DNA of 64,000 bases from Syntrophomonadaceae bacterium (GTDB lineage Bacteria; Bacillota; Dethiobacteria; DTU022): positions 5,958 to 69,957 of the forward strand of contig PWGD01000148.1 in the NCBI GenBank assembly GCA_003554395.1, read 5' to 3'. Each line of letters opens with the position of its first letter. Position 1 is the stretch's first letter. The translations under genes and the position numbers were made by a program. Below the pieces are notes generated by a model that had not been told where the DNA came from, did no database searches, and was given only the letters and a program-made list of their open reading frames with translations. Positions 19,402 through 29,128 of this stretch are shown piece after piece.

Positions 19402-20832
19402 TTGTCTATCATGGAACCGGCTGGTAAAAACTGTTACCGAATTCCGCGCCGGGGTAAAATGAAGGCCGATGTTTTAGTTTATCTGAATCGCCCGCTTTAC
19501 CACTCCTTTGCTGAAGATCAATCCCTGCAGCAGTTAATGGATGCCGCTTCATTGGAAGGGGTTCTCGATCCGGTTATTGGAATGCCCGATATCCATAGCG
19601 GTTTTGGCCTTCCTATTGGCGGCGTGATGGCCATGGATCCCGAGCGGGGATTGGTCTCGGCCGGGGCGGTTGGAATGGATATTAACTGCGGGGTCAGGCT
19701 GCTGCGCACCAATATCGATCCGGAAAACCTCGATAAAAGCACCTTAAGAGCATTAATCAAAGCCATCGAGAAAAGAGTTCCCAGCGGAGTTGGGAAAAAA
19801 AGCAAACACGAAGCTTTTATCAGCAAAAATTTTGAAGAGCTTATTCATGAGGGCGTCCCATTTCTAATAAATCAGGGTTATGGCAGGCCTGATGATCTGA
19901 GCGCTATTGAAGACGGCGGACGTATTTCCGGCGCCGACCTGGCTGCTGTTAGCAAAGAGGCCCGAAAGCGCGGTCTTCAGCTTTCGACTATCGGGGGAGG
20001 CAATCATTTTATTGAGCTTGGTTATGTGGAAACCGTCTTTGATCGCCCCGCGGCCGACATTTGCGGCCTTCGCGAGGGCCTGCTGACCATTTTGATCCAT
20101 ACCGGCAGCCGCGGTTTTGGGCACCAGATCTGCACGGATTACACCTCACAAATGAAAAAAGAGGCCGCCACGCATAATATAGATCTACCTTCTGCCGGCC
20201 TTGCTTCGGTTCCTATCAATTCAGATACAGGGCGTAGATATTTGGCTGCGATGGCCTGCGCCATAAACTTTGCTTTTTGTAACCGGCAGTGGATTACAGA
20301 TGATGTGCGAAAAGCCTTCAGCAGTGTCATTGGTGGGCCTGATAGCCAGTTTGACCTGGGCCTGGTCTATGATGTCGCCCACAATACAGCCCGCTTTGAA
20401 GCAATTAACGGCAAAGAGATGCTCATTCACCGCAAAGGAGCTACCAGGGCCCTTCCGCCCGGACATCCCGACAACCCCCGGCTGTACCTGTCCACCGGTC
20501 ATCCCGTACTGATCCCCGGCAGCATGGGCACCGCTTCATACGTAATCCGGGCCGAACCGGGGATTAACATGATCTATAATTCAGTTAACCACGGCGCCGG
20601 CAGGGTCCTTTCCAGGAGAGCGGCAAAAAAACAGATATCGGTCGAAGAATTGAAAGGAAGGCTTTCTGAAGTCCTGGTTTCCGGGCGAAGTTATAAAGCC
20701 TACCTGGATGAAGCTCCCCAGGCCTATAAAGATATTGAAATGGTTATCGACACTTTCGTGGAAATAGGTTTAAGCAGTAAGGTGGCCAGGTTGTTGCCAC
20801 TGGCCGTGATTAAGGGCGAAGGCAGCGATTAA
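19402..20832 (+). CDS. rtcB: RtcB-family RNA ligase (3'-phosphate/5'-OH ligase)
   Basis: It contains the metal/GTP-binding motifs GGGNHFIEL and HTGSRGFGHQ and the C-terminal NHGAGRV motif. Size is 476 aa. Confidence 0.9.
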   Translation: MSIMEPAGKNCYRIPRRGKMKADVLVYLNRPLYHSFAEDQSLQQLMDAASLEGVLDPVIGMPDIHSGFGLPIGGVMAMDPERGLVSAGAVGMDINCGVRLLRTNIDPENLDKSTLRALIKAIEKRVPSGVGKKSKHEAFISKNFEELIHEGVPFLINQGYGRPDDLSAIEDGGRISGADLAAVSKEARKRGLQLSTIGGGNHFIELGYVETVFDRPAADICGLREGLLTILIHTGSRGFGHQICTDYTSQMKKEAATHNIDLPSAGLASVPINSDTGRRYLAAMACAINFAFCNRQWITDDVRKAFSSVIGGPDSQFDLGLVYDVAHNTARFEAINGKEMLIHRKGATRALPPGHPDNPRLYLSTGHPVLIPGSMGTASYVIRAEPGINMIYNSVNHGAGRVLSRRAAKKQISVEELKGRLSEVLVSGRSYKAYLDEAPQAYKDIEMVIDTFVEIGLSSKVARLLPLAVIKGEGSD

Positions 20833-20860
20833 AATATTATAAAATCCGGGTGAAGTTAAG

Positions 20861-22435
20861 ATGGATAAGCAACCGCCAAGTATTTTCAATGACGTCATCG
20901 GGCCTGTAATGCGTGGTTCCTCGAGTTCACATACCGCCGCTTCGGTTCGAATCGGAGCTTTGATCAGGCAGTGCCTGTCCGGGCCCTGCCGCTACTGCCG
21001 GGTTGATTTTGACCCGGGAGGATCGCTGGCTTCTACTTACCATGAGCAGGGCGCTGATATCGGCCTGGCCGGAGGTCTCCTGGGTATGGATTTAAGCAAT
21101 CCGGAGTTGATTAAGGCCCTGGAGATTGCCCGGAACAACAACCTGGACATTTCTTTCAATATTACATCTTTTCCGAACAACCATCCCAATACGTACCGGA
21201 TCAACGCTGCTGCCGGCAAAGGGGAAGAAATGGAGTTTATTTGCCTGTCAACCGGCGGAGGCATGATTGAAATCCAGCGAATCAATAATTTAGCTGTTTC
21301 AATTTGTGGTGATTTCCACGAAACCCTGTTTTTTTTCCATGAAGACGATTCTGCCGCTTTAGAGGAATTAGGGCAAAAAATTACAAAATTAATTCCCGGT
21401 TATGATTACCTGGCTACAGCGACGACAAAAAATAAAGGGCTGATTAACCTTAAAACCGGTTTCAAGGTCGAGGAACAGTTGAAAGGCTTAGCTGAGCACC
21501 CCAAACTGCGCTCAATAATCACAATAGAGCCGGTTTTACCAATTCTTTCCAGCAAAAACTGCCGGGTTCCTTTTGAAAGGGTCGAGGAAATAATTAGCCT
21601 TGCCGAAAAGGAAAATCTGCAAAGCTGGGAACTGGCCCTTCGTTATGAAAGCGCCCGCGGGAGAATACCGGCAGCTGAAACCTATAATATGGCCCGCGAC
21701 CTGGTCCGGATTATGGATGAATCGATCCGGAAAGGGCTTGCCGGGACTGATTACAGCAATCGCATCCTGGGCCCCCAGGCTTATAAGATTCAAGCACAGA
21801 GGAGCAAATTGATCGGGGGGCGGTTAACTGCCGATATTATTGCCAATATCAGCGCAGTAATGGAATCAAAGAGCGCCTTCGGAGTTATTGTAGCAGCGCC
21901 AACGGCAGGCTCATGCGGCACTTTGCCGGGCACGCTCACTGCTTTGGCCGCAGATATGAAGATGGACCAGGATCATTTAATTAAAGCAGTGCTTGCTGCC
22001 GGTTTGATCGGAATCCTGATCGCGAGAAACAGCACTTTTGCTGCCGAAGAAAACGGCTGCCAGGCCGAATGCGGTTCAGCTTCCGGAATGGCGGCAGCGG
22101 GCCTGGTTCAGATGATGGGTGGTTCGGTAAGGGAAAGCCTTGATGCGGCGGCCATGGCCCTGCAGAATATCATGGGTATGGTTTGCGACCCGGTAGCGGA
22201 AAGAGTCGAGGTGCCCTGCCTGGGGAAAAATATCATGGCCGGTCTTAATGCGGTCGGCTGCGCCAACATGGCCCTGGCCGGTTTTGACAGGGTCATCCCC
22301 CTGGATGAAACAATAAAGGCCATGGACAGCTGCGGCAAAATGCTCCCCCCTGAACTGCGCTGCACCGGCCGGGGCGGATTATCTTTAACCACAACGGCCA
22401 AAGAAATTTATAAGCGCCTGAACAAGCACCCCTAA
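20861..22435 (+). CDS. sdaA: L-serine dehydratase, iron-sulfur dependent, with fused beta-alpha chains
   Basis: The N-terminus GPVMRGSSSSHTAA matches the SSSHT motif of Fe-S L-serine dehydratases. The C-terminal alpha-domain motifs are also present (…AAPTAGSCGTLPG…, …CDPVAERVEVPC…). Confidence 0.8.
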   Translation: MDKQPPSIFNDVIGPVMRGSSSSHTAASVRIGALIRQCLSGPCRYCRVDFDPGGSLASTYHEQGADIGLAGGLLGMDLSNPELIKALEIARNNNLDISFNITSFPNNHPNTYRINAAAGKGEEMEFICLSTGGGMIEIQRINNLAVSICGDFHETLFFFHEDDSAALEELGQKITKLIPGYDYLATATTKNKGLINLKTGFKVEEQLKGLAEHPKLRSIITIEPVLPILSSKNCRVPFERVEEIISLAEKENLQSWELALRYESARGRIPAAETYNMARDLVRIMDESIRKGLAGTDYSNRILGPQAYKIQAQRSKLIGGRLTADIIANISAVMESKSAFGVIVAAPTAGSCGTLPGTLTALAADMKMDQDHLIKAVLAAGLIGILIARNSTFAAEENGCQAECGSASGMAAAGLVQMMGGSVRESLDAAAMALQNIMGMVCDPVAERVEVPCLGKNIMAGLNAVGCANMALAGFDRVIPLDETIKAMDSCGKMLPPELRCTGRGGLSLTTTAKEIYKRLNKHP

Positions 22436-22604
22436 AATACGAAATCAGTTTAAGTCTGCTTCAGCTTTAAATATTTCGTCATAGTTGAAACGGTTGGCAC
22501 AGGCTTAATAAAGCAGAGGCCTATTATGATATAATACAAGCACAAAGATGGGATAATAAGTTAATATTTGCAGGGCATAAGGGCAAAAAAAACAGGGATG
22601 ATAA

Positions 22605-23510
22605 ATGACCAAAGGCCTCATTTTCAATATTCAACGATATTCACTGCATGACGGACCGGGAATAAGAACGACGATCTTTTTAAAAGGCTGCCCCTTGAGC
22701 TGCTGGTGGTGCCAGAATCCGGAGAGCATCAACCGGGAACCTGATCTCATGAGGCAACCCGACCGCTGCCTGGGCTGCGGTTCCTGCCAGGAAGCCTGCC
22801 CGGAAGGGGCGGTCAGAAGCGGTAAAGTCGGGCCGGTTATAGACCGTGACCTCTGCACCCGCTGCCTGAAATGCACTGTGGTTTGTCCTGCAGAAGCCCT
22901 GGAAGCGGTGGGTAGAGAATATACGGTATCAGAACTGGTAAGGGAAGCGCTCAAGGATCGTTTTATTTTTGACAGTTCAGGGGGCGGGGTAACTTTTTCC
23001 GGTGGAGAACCCCTGATGCAGCCCGATTTTCTTGAAGAGTCTCTTCAGGCCTTTTGCAAGGAAGGAATCCATACAGTTGTGGATACTTCCGGTTGTGCGC
23101 CCTGGCCGATCCTGGAAAAAATTTCTGTTTACACCGACCTGTTTCTGTATGATCTTAAATTGATTGACGACCTCGAAAGTGAGGAATATACCGGCTTATC
23201 AAGCCGTTTGAGTGTGGAGAACTTAAAAAAGCTGGTGGAAAAAGGGGCTTTGATTCAAATTCGGATGCCGGTAGTTCCTTTAATCACCGATTCCATCGCA
23301 AATATTAATTCCATAGCCGATTTGCTTATTGAATGCGGCCTTAATGAGTTGGAACTAATACCTTATCACAATTACGGCACTGCCAAGTATGCCAGGCTTG
23401 ATCTTGAATACCGGCCCGGAACAATAAAGGTTCCCACGGCAGAACAAATGGACAGGATCAAAGCCCGCTTTGAGAACCGGGGAATAAGAATAAGCAGTGA
23501 GGATGATTGA
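22605..23510 (+). CDS. Glycyl-radical-enzyme activating enzyme (radical SAM) with two extra ferredoxin-like [4Fe-4S] motifs
   Basis: The radical-SAM CxxxCxxC motif is CPLSCWWC, in the N-terminal context YSLHDGPGIRTTIFLKGCPLSC typical of GRE activases. Two additional clusters are CLGCGSCQEACPEG and CTRCLKCTVVCPAEA. Its stop (23510) abuts the start of the GRE gene. Confidence 0.85.
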   Translation: MTKGLIFNIQRYSLHDGPGIRTTIFLKGCPLSCWWCQNPESINREPDLMRQPDRCLGCGSCQEACPEGAVRSGKVGPVIDRDLCTRCLKCTVVCPAEALEAVGREYTVSELVREALKDRFIFDSSGGGVTFSGGEPLMQPDFLEESLQAFCKEGIHTVVDTSGCAPWPILEKISVYTDLFLYDLKLIDDLESEEYTGLSSRLSVENLKKLVEKGALIQIRMPVVPLITDSIANINSIADLLIECGLNELELIPYHNYGTAKYARLDLEYRPGTIKVPTAEQMDRIKARFENRGIRISSEDD

Positions 23511-23511
23511 T

Positions 23512-25893
23512 ATGAATAACAACAGAAGAGGGATGAATGAAAGGATAAAAAAATTAAGGCAGCAAAGCGAAGATACAAACCCGTCAATCACCGCTGAAAG
23601 AGCTTTGCTGGTCACTGAGGCTTATCAGCATTATGCCGGTAAAGTATCCGCACCAATACTCAGGGCGCTTACATTTCAGCACCTGCTGGAGAACAAGACC
23701 ATCTGCATCAATGAAGAGGAGCTGATAGTCGGAGAACGCGGAACCGGACCCCAGGCCACGCCCACTTACCCCGAATTGTGCTGCCATACCGTCGAGGATC
23801 TGGAAGTGATCAACAACCGTAAAACCATTTCTTTTAAGGTAAGTGAAGAGGTGAAGCGGATTCAGGAAGAAACTCTGATTCCTTACTGGCAGGGCCGTTC
23901 CATGCGGGATAAAATATTTAACAGGATGAGCCCTGAATGGCTTGACTGTTACAAAGCCGGACTATTTACCGAATTTATGGAACAGCGCGCACCCGGTCAT
24001 ACCGTGGCCGGAGATAAGATTTACCGGAAAGGGATGCTCGATCTAAAAGAAGAAATTGCCGCTGCCCTGGGCTCTCTTGATTTTGCCAATGACCCTGAAG
24101 CTGTTTCCAAGAACGAGCAGCTGGAAGCCATGTCTCTCTGTGCCGATGCCCTGATCACTTTTGCCGGCAGGCATGCCCAAAAAGCCCGGGAGATGGCGGA
24201 AGAAGAAACCAACCCCCGGCGCAAGGAAGAGCTGCAGCAAATTGCTTCTGTCTGTCAGCGTGTGCCGGCCCTGCCGCCCCGTAATCTCTGGGAAGCACTC
24301 CAGTATTACTGGTTCGTGCACCTGGGAGTGGTGACCGAACTTAATACCTGGGACGCCTTCTGCCCGGGAAGACTTGATCAACATCTGGCCCCCTTCTACT
24401 ACAGGGGCCTGGAAGAAGGAACGCTGACCAGGGCTGGAGCGAAAGAGTTGCTGGAATGCTTCTGGATCAAATTTAACAACCAGCCTGCTCCACCCAAGGT
24501 GGGAATTACTTTAAAGGAGAGCGGTACATATACCGATTTTGCCAACATCAACCTGGGTGGAGTTAAACCAGATGGCAGTGACGGTGTAAATGATGTTACC
24601 TATTTGCTGCTGGAAGTAATCGATGAGATGAGGCTGCTGCAGCCGAGCACCAACGTCCAGGTCAGTAAAAAAAGTCCCGACCTTTTCCTTAAAAAAGCAG
24701 GAGAGGTTATCAGGAAAGGGTGGGGCCAACCTTCAGTTTTTAATGTTGAAGCAGTCATCGGCGAACTGCTGGGCCAGGGCAAATCCCTGGTTGACGCCCG
24801 TTGCGGAGGAACCAGCGGCTGCGTGGAAACCGGCGCTTTTGGCAAAGAGAGTTATATCCTGACCGGGTATTTCAACCTGGTAAAGGTTCTCGAAATAACC
24901 CTTAACGGCGGTAAAAATCCGGCGGACGGCAAACAACTGGGCCTGGATACCGGCAGCCCGGAGCGGCTTGAAAATTTCGAGCAGCTGCTCGAAGCCTTTG
25001 AAAAACAGCTCCGCCATTTTATTGACATCAAAATCGCCGGCAACCAGGTCATTGAAAAATTATATGCTGAACAAATGCCGGCCCCATTTTTATCCCTGAT
25101 TATTGATGATTGCATCGATAAGGGCAAGGACTATAATGCCGGCGGGGCCCGCTATAACACCAATTATATACAGGGTGTGGGCATCGGTACCATTACCGAC
25201 AGCCTTTCAGCGCTTAAAAAGCATATCTATGATGAAAAGAATTTTACCTGGGATGAACTGCTCGATACCTTAAAAGACAACTACCAGGGGCAGGAACAGG
25301 CCCGGCAATTTTTGATCCATAAAACCCCGCATTATGGAAACGATAATGACTATGCCGACTCTGTCATGCAGGATGTTTTTAAACGTTTTTACCGCACCGT
25401 GGACGGGCGCAGGACGGCCCGCGGGGGAACATATCGCATCAATATGCTGCCCACCACCTGCCACGTCTATTTTGGGTCGGTCATTGGAGCGACACCTGAT
25501 GGGCGCCTGGCCGGAATGCCCTTATCGGAAGGTATTTCACCGGTCCAGGGCGTTGATTTAAACGGGCCCACAGCGGTAATTAAATCAGCCTCGAAGATGG
25601 ATCACCTGCTTACCGGCGGCACCCTGCTGAACATGAAATTTACCCCCCGGATCCTGGAGGGAAACAAGGGGTTGGATAGCCTGGCCCAGCTGATCCGGTC
25701 ATATTTCATACTGGACGGCCACCATATCCAGTTTAATGTAATCGATGCCGAGACCCTGCGCGAGGCTCAAAATAATCCGGAACAATACCGCAGCCTGATC
25801 GTAAGGGTGGCCGGATACAGCGACTATTTCAATAACTTAAGCGAACAGCTTCAAAATGAGATCATTGCCCGGACGGCCCATGAAATGGGCTAA
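23512..25893 (+). CDS. Glycyl radical enzyme of the pyruvate-formate-lyase superfamily, eliminase (GCVE) clade. It is a candidate 4-hydroxyproline dehydratase or diol dehydratase type, with substrate unresolved.
   Basis: The C-terminal glycyl-radical motif is LIVRVAGYSDYFNNL (RVxGY). The active-site segment DARCGGTSGCVETG carries a Cys-x-Glu pair as in glycerol dehydratase, CutC and HypD. Size is ~794 aa. A GAGGA site lies 7 nt before ATG 23512; the ORF track starts at GTG 23497. Confidence 0.85.
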   Translation: MNNNRRGMNERIKKLRQQSEDTNPSITAERALLVTEAYQHYAGKVSAPILRALTFQHLLENKTICINEEELIVGERGTGPQATPTYPELCCHTVEDLEVINNRKTISFKVSEEVKRIQEETLIPYWQGRSMRDKIFNRMSPEWLDCYKAGLFTEFMEQRAPGHTVAGDKIYRKGMLDLKEEIAAALGSLDFANDPEAVSKNEQLEAMSLCADALITFAGRHAQKAREMAEEETNPRRKEELQQIASVCQRVPALPPRNLWEALQYYWFVHLGVVTELNTWDAFCPGRLDQHLAPFYYRGLEEGTLTRAGAKELLECFWIKFNNQPAPPKVGITLKESGTYTDFANINLGGVKPDGSDGVNDVTYLLLEVIDEMRLLQPSTNVQVSKKSPDLFLKKAGEVIRKGWGQPSVFNVEAVIGELLGQGKSLVDARCGGTSGCVETGAFGKESYILTGYFNLVKVLEITLNGGKNPADGKQLGLDTGSPERLENFEQLLEAFEKQLRHFIDIKIAGNQVIEKLYAEQMPAPFLSLIIDDCIDKGKDYNAGGARYNTNYIQGVGIGTITDSLSALKKHIYDEKNFTWDELLDTLKDNYQGQEQARQFLIHKTPHYGNDNDYADSVMQDVFKRFYRTVDGRRTARGGTYRINMLPTTCHVYFGSVIGATPDGRLAGMPLSEGISPVQGVDLNGPTAVIKSASKMDHLLTGGTLLNMKFTPRILEGNKGLDSLAQLIRSYFILDGHHIQFNVIDAETLREAQNNPEQYRSLIVRVAGYSDYFNNLSEQLQNEIIARTAHEMG

Positions 25894-25922
25894 AATACAA
25901 CTGCTTTAAAATGCGGCGGCGC

Positions 25923-25951
25923 GTTGACATTAAGATCTAAATAAGCTAAAA
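25923..25951 (+). promoter_or_regulatory. Sigma-A-type promoter for tRNA-Trp
   Basis: TTGACA, then 17 nt, then TAAAAT. It ends ~12 nt upstream of the tRNA 5' end. Confidence 0.55.
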
Positions 25952-25963
25952 TATGAGCTGTGA

Positions 25964-26039
25964 AGGGGAGTAGCTCAACTGGCAGAGCAGCGGTCTCCAA
26001 AACCGCAGGCTGCGGGTTCAAGTCCTGTCTCCCCTGCCA
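25964..26039 (+). tRNA. tRNA-Trp (anticodon CCA)
   Basis: AGGGGAGUAGCUCAACUGG…CGGUCUCCAAAACCG…GGUUCAAGUCC…CUCCCCUGCCA. Anticodon is CCA. Length is 76 nt. Confidence 0.85.
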
Positions 26040-26147
26040 TCGAGCTTGACGAGATGCCGCTTTAAAAGCGGCATCTCGCTAGATTGATCATTTAAAAGGA
26101 GAAGGCCTATGACCGGCCATGACTGGAAAATTTTACCTGAACCTTTT

Positions 26148-26185
26148 AGATCTACTTTTAAAAGTCGAAACCGGCTTTTTTTTTT
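26148..26185 (+). terminator. Hairpin plus U-tract downstream of tRNA-Trp
   Basis: AAAAGTCG-aaac-CGGCTTTTTTTTTT. A longer GC hairpin without a U-tract lies directly after the tRNA at 26050–26080. Confidence 0.4.
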
Positions 26186-26299
26186 GCTCAAGGCAATTAT
26201 AGTTGAAACCGGTAGTCTGTTCGATAGAAATATTTATCGGAACAACTTATTAGCTTATTAAGGGGCTATTAATAGAAATAACTTTAAGGAGGGATTCAT

Positions 26300-27316
26300 T
26301 TGCATACTACTAATATTATACTATGGGGACTGGGAGCTATGGGTTCAGGTATTTACAAAGTTCTCCTGGAGCGCAGTGGCCCCGTTGTAAAAGGGGCAAT
26401 CGGCCAAAATCCCTTTAAGCTGGGCAAAGATTTGGGCACTATCCTGGGCATGGAACCAACCGGAACTATTATTTCCGGAGATGCGCAGGCAGTGCTTGAA
26501 AATGCCGATGCAGGGCTGGTTCTCCATTCCACCGGCTCATTCTTCAAAGAAATACATCACGAATTAATGCAGGCGGTCCGGGCGGGATGTAACGTCATTA
26601 CCATAGCTGAGGAGATGGCCGAGCCCTGGGCGGCCGATCAGATGCTGGCTGACGAGCTAAACGAAGAAGCTAAAAAATTTGGTGTTACAGTTATTGGAAC
26701 GGGCATTAATCCCGGTTTTGTCCTGGATGCCCTGGCCATCTGCCTTACCGGTGCCTGCTGTCAGGTCACCAAGATCGAGGCCGAAAGAATTAACGATCTA
26801 TCTCCATTCGGAAGCACTGTAATGGCTACCCAGGGTGTAGGGATTAGTCCGGAGCAATTTAAAAAGGGGATTGAGAATAACACTATTGTCGGGCATATAG
26901 GTTTCAAACAATCGATCTGCCTGATTGCCAGGGCTTTAAACTGGGATCTTGATCAAATTACCGAAGAAAAAGAGCCGATTATCTCATCTACTTACCGGGA
27001 GACTCCATATGTCAAAGTAGAGCCGGGCATGGTTGCCGGCTGCAATCACCGCGCCTACGGTTATATAAACGGCGAAGCAGTAATCACCCTTAAACACCCC
27101 CAGCAGGTATGCCCTGAAGCAGAAAACGTGGAAACCGGTGATTATATCAGAATTGAGGGCACCCCGCCGATAAACCTGTCCATAAAGCCTGAAATCCCGG
27201 GCGGCCTGGGAACGATGGCCATGGCGGTTAATATGATCCCGGTGGTGACTGCTGCCGGTCCGGGCTTGAAAACACTGCTGGACCTGCCTTTCCCTTCCTG
27301 CTGGAGCAGGGTATAG
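26300..27316 (+). CDS. ord: 2,4-diaminopentanoate dehydrogenase (DapB-like NAD(P) fold) of the ornithine oxidative pathway
   Basis: The N-terminal Rossmann motif is IILWGLGAMGSGIYKVL. The ~340-aa size and the position directly upstream of ortA, ortB, oraS and oraE match the described ornithine fermentation cluster. AGGAGGG lies before TTG 26300. Confidence 0.7.
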   Translation: MHTTNIILWGLGAMGSGIYKVLLERSGPVVKGAIGQNPFKLGKDLGTILGMEPTGTIISGDAQAVLENADAGLVLHSTGSFFKEIHHELMQAVRAGCNVITIAEEMAEPWAADQMLADELNEEAKKFGVTVIGTGINPGFVLDALAICLTGACCQVTKIEAERINDLSPFGSTVMATQGVGISPEQFKKGIENNTIVGHIGFKQSICLIARALNWDLDQITEEKEPIISSTYRETPYVKVEPGMVAGCNHRAYGYINGEAVITLKHPQQVCPEAENVETGDYIRIEGTPPINLSIKPEIPGGLGTMAMAVNMIPVVTAAGPGLKTLLDLPFPSCWSRV

Positions 27317-27397
27317 CCGAATTAAAAAGGTTTTAATTTAACTGTAATTCAAAAAGCGGGCGGTTAAGAGCAATCTGCCCTGAAAGGAGAATCAACT

Positions 27398-27712
27398 ATG
27401 GAAAAAGCGCAGACAGGTGACTGGGTCCAGGTCTTCAAAGTGGTTCTCAAACCGGAGGAAAGAGCCCCCGGCCTGCCCCCGGAAACTGCCAAAGTCCCCC
27501 TGACTATGAAGGTTAAGGGTTTCCTGATCGATCAAGCGGCCGCGGTTGGCGATCAGGTAGCAATCCGGACTGCAACAGGCAGAAAAGTGGAGGGGAAGCT
27601 GATCGGGATCAATCCGGCCTACGAGATCGATTATGGCCGGCCCCAGCCGGAACTATTAAATATAGGCTTTGAAACAAGAAGCCTGTTAAGTGGGGAGGCC
27701 GACAAGCAGTGA
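27398..27712 (+). CDS. ortA: 2-amino-4-ketopentanoate thiolase, small (alpha) subunit
   Basis: It is ~104 aa, translationally coupled to the PLP subunit that follows, and conserved in gene order with ord upstream. Confidence 0.65.
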   Translation: MEKAQTGDWVQVFKVVLKPEERAPGLPPETAKVPLTMKVKGFLIDQAAAVGDQVAIRTATGRKVEGKLIGINPAYEIDYGRPQPELLNIGFETRSLLSGEADKQ

Positions 27713-29127
27713 ATAACAACCCTGATTTTAGCTACCAGGGAGTAATGTCCAGGAAAAACCGGATTATGAAGCAGGCTGTAGGTATCGACTATGATCAGTT
27801 CGAGCTGGAGGGGATTGCCTTTGATTACGATGCAATGATGAACAAGGCCGGTTATTCACTGGAAGAAGTGCGTAAAATCCAGGAGGAAACCAATGTGGGC
27901 AAAACCCCGCTCTTTGAAATGCATAACCTGACCAAGCTGGTACGCCTCCATGCGGAACCGGGAAAAGGAGCGCGCATTTTTATCAAGGATGAAGCCTGCA
28001 ATCCCAGCGGCAGTTTCAAGGCGCGGCGGGCTTCGCTATCATGTTACCAGGCCCAAAAGCAAGGCTACAGGGGCGTAATATCGGCCACCAGCGGCAATTA
28101 CGGCGCCGCAGTGGCCTCCCAGTCCGCCATGCGCGGTTTGAACTGCATCGTGGTCCAGGAACTTTTCGACAGCCAGGATTTAAGCCAACCGGAAATTATG
28201 GAAAAAGGCCGGGCCTGCGAAGCCTACGGCGCTGAAGTGGTCCAGCTTTCCGTGGGGCCGGAGCTGTTTTACAAGTTCCTGATTTTGCTGGAAGAGACGC
28301 AGTATTTCAATGCCTCATTATATACCCCTTTCGGTATTGCCGGCATTGAAACTCTCGGCTATGAACTGGCCGAACAGGTTCGCCGGACGGTGGGCAAAGA
28401 TCCTGCCGCTGTCCTTATCACCCATGCCGGGGGCGGAAATGTGACCGGCACAGCCAGAGGCCTTCAAAAAGCGGGTTGTAAAGATACAGATGTGATCGGC
28501 ATCAGTGTCGACTTAAGCGGCCTGCACATGGCCAGCGATCACGATTTCAACCGGAAATCATTTACTACCGGCCACACCGGTTTTGGGGTTCCCTTTGCCA
28601 CTTGGCCGGACCGGGCTGATGTGCCGCGAAATGCGGCCCGTTCCTTGAGGTACCTGGATCGCTATTATACGGTGACCCAGGGTGAAGTTTTTTACATGAC
28701 CGAACTCCTGGCCCAGTTGGAAGGGCTTGAAAGAGGCCCGGCAGGCAATACTTCCCTGGCCGGAGCTTTTGCCTTAGCCATGGAAATGGACCGCGACGAT
28801 GTCATTGTTGTACAGGAAACAGAATACACGGGAGCCGGAAAGCACCCCAGCCCCCAGCTTACTTTTGCCCGCAAACTGGGCATAGCGGTAAAAAGGGGCA
28901 AGCCTGAAGAGAGCATCCCCGGTCAGAATATTATCATCCCTGAATCCCCGGCCCAGATAGCGGTTAAAAGGGTAGACCTGGACAACTTAAAAAAATCGTA
29001 CCTAAAGAAGGTGGCCCAGGAAAAGGGCGGTGGAGCCTTGAGTCCGGTAGAACTGGATTATCTGGCCGCCGAACTGAAGACTTCAACCGGATGGGTTGAA
29101 AAACATTACGGGAAGGCAGGAGGATAA
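27709..29127 (+). CDS. ortB: 2-amino-4-ketopentanoate thiolase, PLP-dependent beta subunit (tryptophan-synthase-beta/threonine-synthase fold)
   Basis: The fold-type II PLP lysine motif is NPSGSFKARRA, and a glycine-rich loop TSGNYGAAVA is present. It is ~472 aa and overlaps the ortA stop (GTGA). Confidence 0.7.
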   Translation: MNNNPDFSYQGVMSRKNRIMKQAVGIDYDQFELEGIAFDYDAMMNKAGYSLEEVRKIQEETNVGKTPLFEMHNLTKLVRLHAEPGKGARIFIKDEACNPSGSFKARRASLSCYQAQKQGYRGVISATSGNYGAAVASQSAMRGLNCIVVQELFDSQDLSQPEIMEKGRACEAYGAEVVQLSVGPELFYKFLILLEETQYFNASLYTPFGIAGIETLGYELAEQVRRTVGKDPAAVLITHAGGGNVTGTARGLQKAGCKDTDVIGISVDLSGLHMASDHDFNRKSFTTGHTGFGVPFATWPDRADVPRNAARSLRYLDRYYTVTQGEVFYMTELLAQLEGLERGPAGNTSLAGAFALAMEMDRDDVIVVQETEYTGAGKHPSPQLTFARKLGIAVKRGKPEESIPGQNIIIPESPAQIAVKRVDLDNLKKSYLKKVAQEKGGGALSPVELDYLAAELKTSTGWVEKHYGKAGG

Positions 29128-29128
29128 T

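Noticed and set aside
26109-26264. A 51-codon ORF (MTGHDWKILPEPFRSTFKSRNRLFF…) with a GGAGAAGG ribosome-binding site between tRNA-Trp and ord
   Set aside because: It runs through a terminator-like hairpin/U-tract and has no hydrophobic or otherwise recognisable character. It is more likely a chance ORF in a promoter/terminator region.
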